In this document: piece by piece, positions 61,458 through 64,000 of the stretch | Layout: every line of letters begins with the position of its first letter | Numbering within the stretch: position 1 is the stretch's first letter | Source: an uncultured virus (IMG/VR IMGVR_UViG_3300046171_000218) | Lineage: Duplodnaviria > Heunggongvirae > Uroviricota > Caudoviricetes | Virus record (IMG/VR): IMGVR_UViG_3300046171_000218 | Reading direction: 5' to 3' (one strand) | Length of the DNA stretch: 64,000 bases | The notes under the pieces: generated by a model | Told to the model about the DNA's origin: nothing | Database searches by the model: none | The model's input: the letters and a program-made list of their open reading frames with translations, nothing else | Program-made: the position numbers and the translations under genes

Positions 61458-64000
61458 TATGCAAGTGCTATCACTCTAAGGTTTCTAATCTTAGGCGGAT
61501 TTGCCTGATTAGTAGATGTGAGGAGAAGTTTAACTCTGTATGATTTGAAAGAGGGAAGTTCATCAATTGTAAATGTATGCTCTCTATAATCTTCTGCAGG
61601 GGAAACAAAAGTATCAGAAGATCCATCATTATTTGCAACATCAATAATTTGTCCTCTCTCATCAATATTATTAAATCCAGGGAATAACTCATAGATGGGA
61701 TTAAAGTTCTGATGATCTGAAATTGCAAACAATCCTCTAATATCAGAATCTCTATCCTTATAAACATCAACTATAATTTTTAATGATGTTGCTGGATTTT
61801 CTAATGAAATTTCTTTAGACAAGTATTGGAAAGCAGTAGGATCAGTATCAATACCATTAACTCTACTATCAGTTACATAATTACTAATCACACTATCAAC
61901 TCTGTTTGAAGTGTAAATAACACTCATTCTCTGAGTATCAATGACAGGAGAGACTCTAGAGTCAGTTGTTCCAAAATTAAGTCGCATCGTCATTGATTTG
62001 TTACCGGGTAAATTAGTGAGTTTTGCATCCTCATTTACCTTAGAAGCAATAATTCTTGGAGTTGAGAAATAATTTGATTTTGAAATTGAAATTGCTTCAA
62101 ATCCTTGATCAATGAAGGGAATATCGTTTCCACTAATAGAAGATCCAGAAATAGTTCTTACCTCAGCATCAATATTTGTACCACTTACAGTTACATGTTG
62201 AATTTGTGGTGTTAAGATCTCAAAAGGAATATTTTGAGTAGACTTGATATTAGAACCACCAGTGGACTTAGTTTCATTCATATAAAGAATTGGGAAACTT
62301 TCTCCAGTTGAACGTCCAACTCCGCTTGTTCCCATGTCAAGTTTTACCTTATACGTATCAAATGTACGCGGTTCTGTTGCAGTTACATCGTTAAGATCAT
62401 GAGTTTTATTAATTCTTCTGAGAGATACACTACCAAGTTCGTACTTATGAACTTTAGTTCCTGCAAGATAGTTCTTTGCAGTCGTACTGTCGATTCCTCT
62501 TTCAGTGATGGTAATAGAGGTTCCAGAAGCAGACTCATATGAAATAATTTCTTCACCAATTCTTAGATAACCTAAGTTAGTAGTCCCCACTCCAACATTC
62601 TCAAATGTATCAAATCCAGTCGTTGCATCTACAGAAATGGTTGATGTTGAAGAAGAATTTAATGCTGCTGCTAATTTAACAGGAAGAATGTCCGACTCAA
62701 CATCAGAGATTGCTACTCTATTATCAGCAAAGTACATACCGTGATTCTTATGATTCACCGTAAAGTGAACCCCATCAGAAATGACATTGTTGATACCGTC
62801 AACTAAAACATTTCCACCTGTAGCATGATTAAGAGAGGTTGTAAACCCATTATTTTTAACAAACTGAAGCGAGTGTCCAACACCGGTAATGAAGTCTCCT
62901 TGAACATTATCTAAGATAATCTCATTAGTATTAGCAATTGAAACTAATGAAAGTCTAAGATTTCTTCCGAGGTTATTATTACCAATCGTAGAAATTCCTA
63001 AGACATCACCAACAACATAACCTTGTCCTCCACTTGCAGCAACATTTTCAGAAATTGTAGCAGCAATAGCGACTCCATTTTCAACAAAAATGTCTGCCTT
63101 TGCATTTCTTCCACTACTAGTAATATTTACAAGTTCAACTCCATTAAAACCATAATCACCTGAGGAGGGAGTTAATCCTATACCAGCATTTATAATGTTT
63201 AAATTTCCTGTGGCAATACCTGCATTTCCAATGTAATTACCAGATGCATTATTACCACTTTGCGATACAGTATTTCCTAATGTTAATACCTCATCCTGAA
63301 GTGTAGATCCAATACCAATACGTACTGATCTCGATGCAAGGCTGATTGAGTTGGGAAGAAGTTTGGCGACTTGATTATTACCACTACTCAATTCAGGACT
63401 ATAGACTTCAATTGATCCGTTTGTAACGAAATCTGCTCTATAAATTGTAAATTTAAGATCTTCCCACTGACTTGGTTCCCAAACAGATCCATTTTGTGAC
63501 TTATAAAGAGATCCAAGGTAAGGTTGATTGGAGACGAATGTTTGAGTGATTAAATCATTCTCATTTACTCTTGATATAAACACTCTATATCTTGCAGATG
63601 CCGATCTGATAACCATTGCATATTCAATACCTGGTTCAAGATAAACAGGAGAAGGAAGTGTAAAAGTGGTTGCAACAGATCCATCTGTGCTTATATTAAC
63701 ATCCTCGGGAGATAAAATTGCTTGTGATAATGGCAGAATCTTTGTTGTTGGAACACCGTTTTGAACCGTTCTGAGTTCAAAAATAACAGGTATTCCGAGA
63801 TTATCTACTTGTTCAAAGAAAATATCACACTTTGTGAAGAAAATACCAGTTGTATCTTCAACTACAAATGTTTGAGCGAGAGGATCGGGTGGGTTAGTAA
63901 CTTCGGTGTTAGTAGTTACAATCTCTGAAGAAATAATCTGTGTGGATACAGTATCATTTATTTGTGTTATTTCTCTAGAATCGTTAATATTTTGTGATTG
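61457..64000 (-). CDS. large virion structural protein, C-terminal part (5' end outside window)
   Basis: DPLAQTF, GSLYKSQNGSVW...EDLKF, PPKIRNLRVIALA. Confidence 0.8.
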   Translation of the reverse strand, partial: QSQNINDSREITQINDTVSTQIISSEIVTTNTEVTNPPDPLAQTFVVEDTTGIFFTKCDIFFEQVDNLGIPVIFELRTVQNGVPTTKILPLSQAILSPEDVNISTDGSVATTFTLPSPVYLEPGIEYAMVIRSASARYRVFISRVNENDLITQTFVSNQPYLGSLYKSQNGSVWEPSQWEDLKFTIYRADFVTNGSIEVYSPELSSGNNQVAKLLPNSISLASRSVRIGIGSTLQDEVLTLGNTVSQSGNNASGNYIGNAGIATGNLNIINAGIGLTPSSGDYGFNGVELVNITSSGRNAKADIFVENGVAIAATISENVAASGGQGYVVGDVLGISTIGNNNLGRNLRLSLVSIANTNEIILDNVQGDFITGVGHSLQFVKNNGFTTSLNHATGGNVLVDGINNVISDGVHFTVNHKNHGMYFADNRVAISDVESDILPVKLAAALNSSSTSTISVDATTGFDTFENVGVGTTNLGYLRIGEEIISYESASGTSITITERGIDSTTAKNYLAGTKVHKYELGSVSLRRINKTHDLNDVTATEPRTFDTYKVKLDMGTSGVGRSTGESFPILYMNETKSTGGSNIKSTQNIPFEILTPQIQHVTVSGTNIDAEVRTISGSSISGNDIPFIDQGFEAISISKSNYFSTPRIIASKVNEDAKLTNLPGNKSMTMRLNFGTTDSRVSPVIDTQRMSVIYTSNRVDSVISNYVTDSRVNGIDTDPTAFQYLSKEISLENPATSLKIIVDVYKDRDSDIRGLFAISDHQNFNPIYELFPGFNNIDERGQIIDVANNDGSSDTFVSPAEDYREHTFTIDELPSFKSYRVKLLLTSTNQANPPKIRNLRVIALA

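Noticed and set aside
1..64000. tRNA, rRNA or photosynthesis genes (psbA, psbD, hli)
   Set aside because: None recognised by eye and intergenic gaps are mostly too short; tRNAscan-SE or Infernal would be needed to exclude RNA genes formally

Overview
A 64-kb segment of a marine T4-like cyanomyovirus (Kyanoviridae-like) genome, with almost every gene on the minus strand. In transcription order (right to left) it holds: a large virion protein, gp13-gp14-gp15-gp16, an ~18-kb accessory island between gp16 and gp17 (fibre/adhesin genes, including a ~2400-aa repeat fibre, plus putative internal head proteins), gp17-18-19-20-(67)-21-22-23-gp3, uvsY, uvsW, gp55, gp47, gp46, a metallopeptidase-VWA/CobS AAA pair, gp45-44-62, regA, hsp20, gp43, uvsX, gp41, mazG, a cytidyltransferase and more acidic/basic putative head proteins. 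Many essential genes between ~20 and ~60 kb are split by small indels, best read as long-read errors rather than pseudogenes. Main leads: (i) a putative capsid-cargo system, made of proteins with T4-IP-like capsid-targeting N-termini (including the nucleotidyltransferase) and modular polyproteins punctuated by gp21-type (L/I/V/M)-x-E sites; (ii) accessory genes inside the replication operon (MTA/SAH nucleosidase, DUF4338/DruA-like); (iii) an NblA-like small ORF absent from the ORF track; (iv) unusual regulatory DNA (candidate late sRNA, back-to-back sigma70 promoters at gp55, a repeated palindromic box promoter); (v) modular fibre genes sharing near-identical DNA linkers. All calls are by eye from motifs and synteny; no database searches were run.
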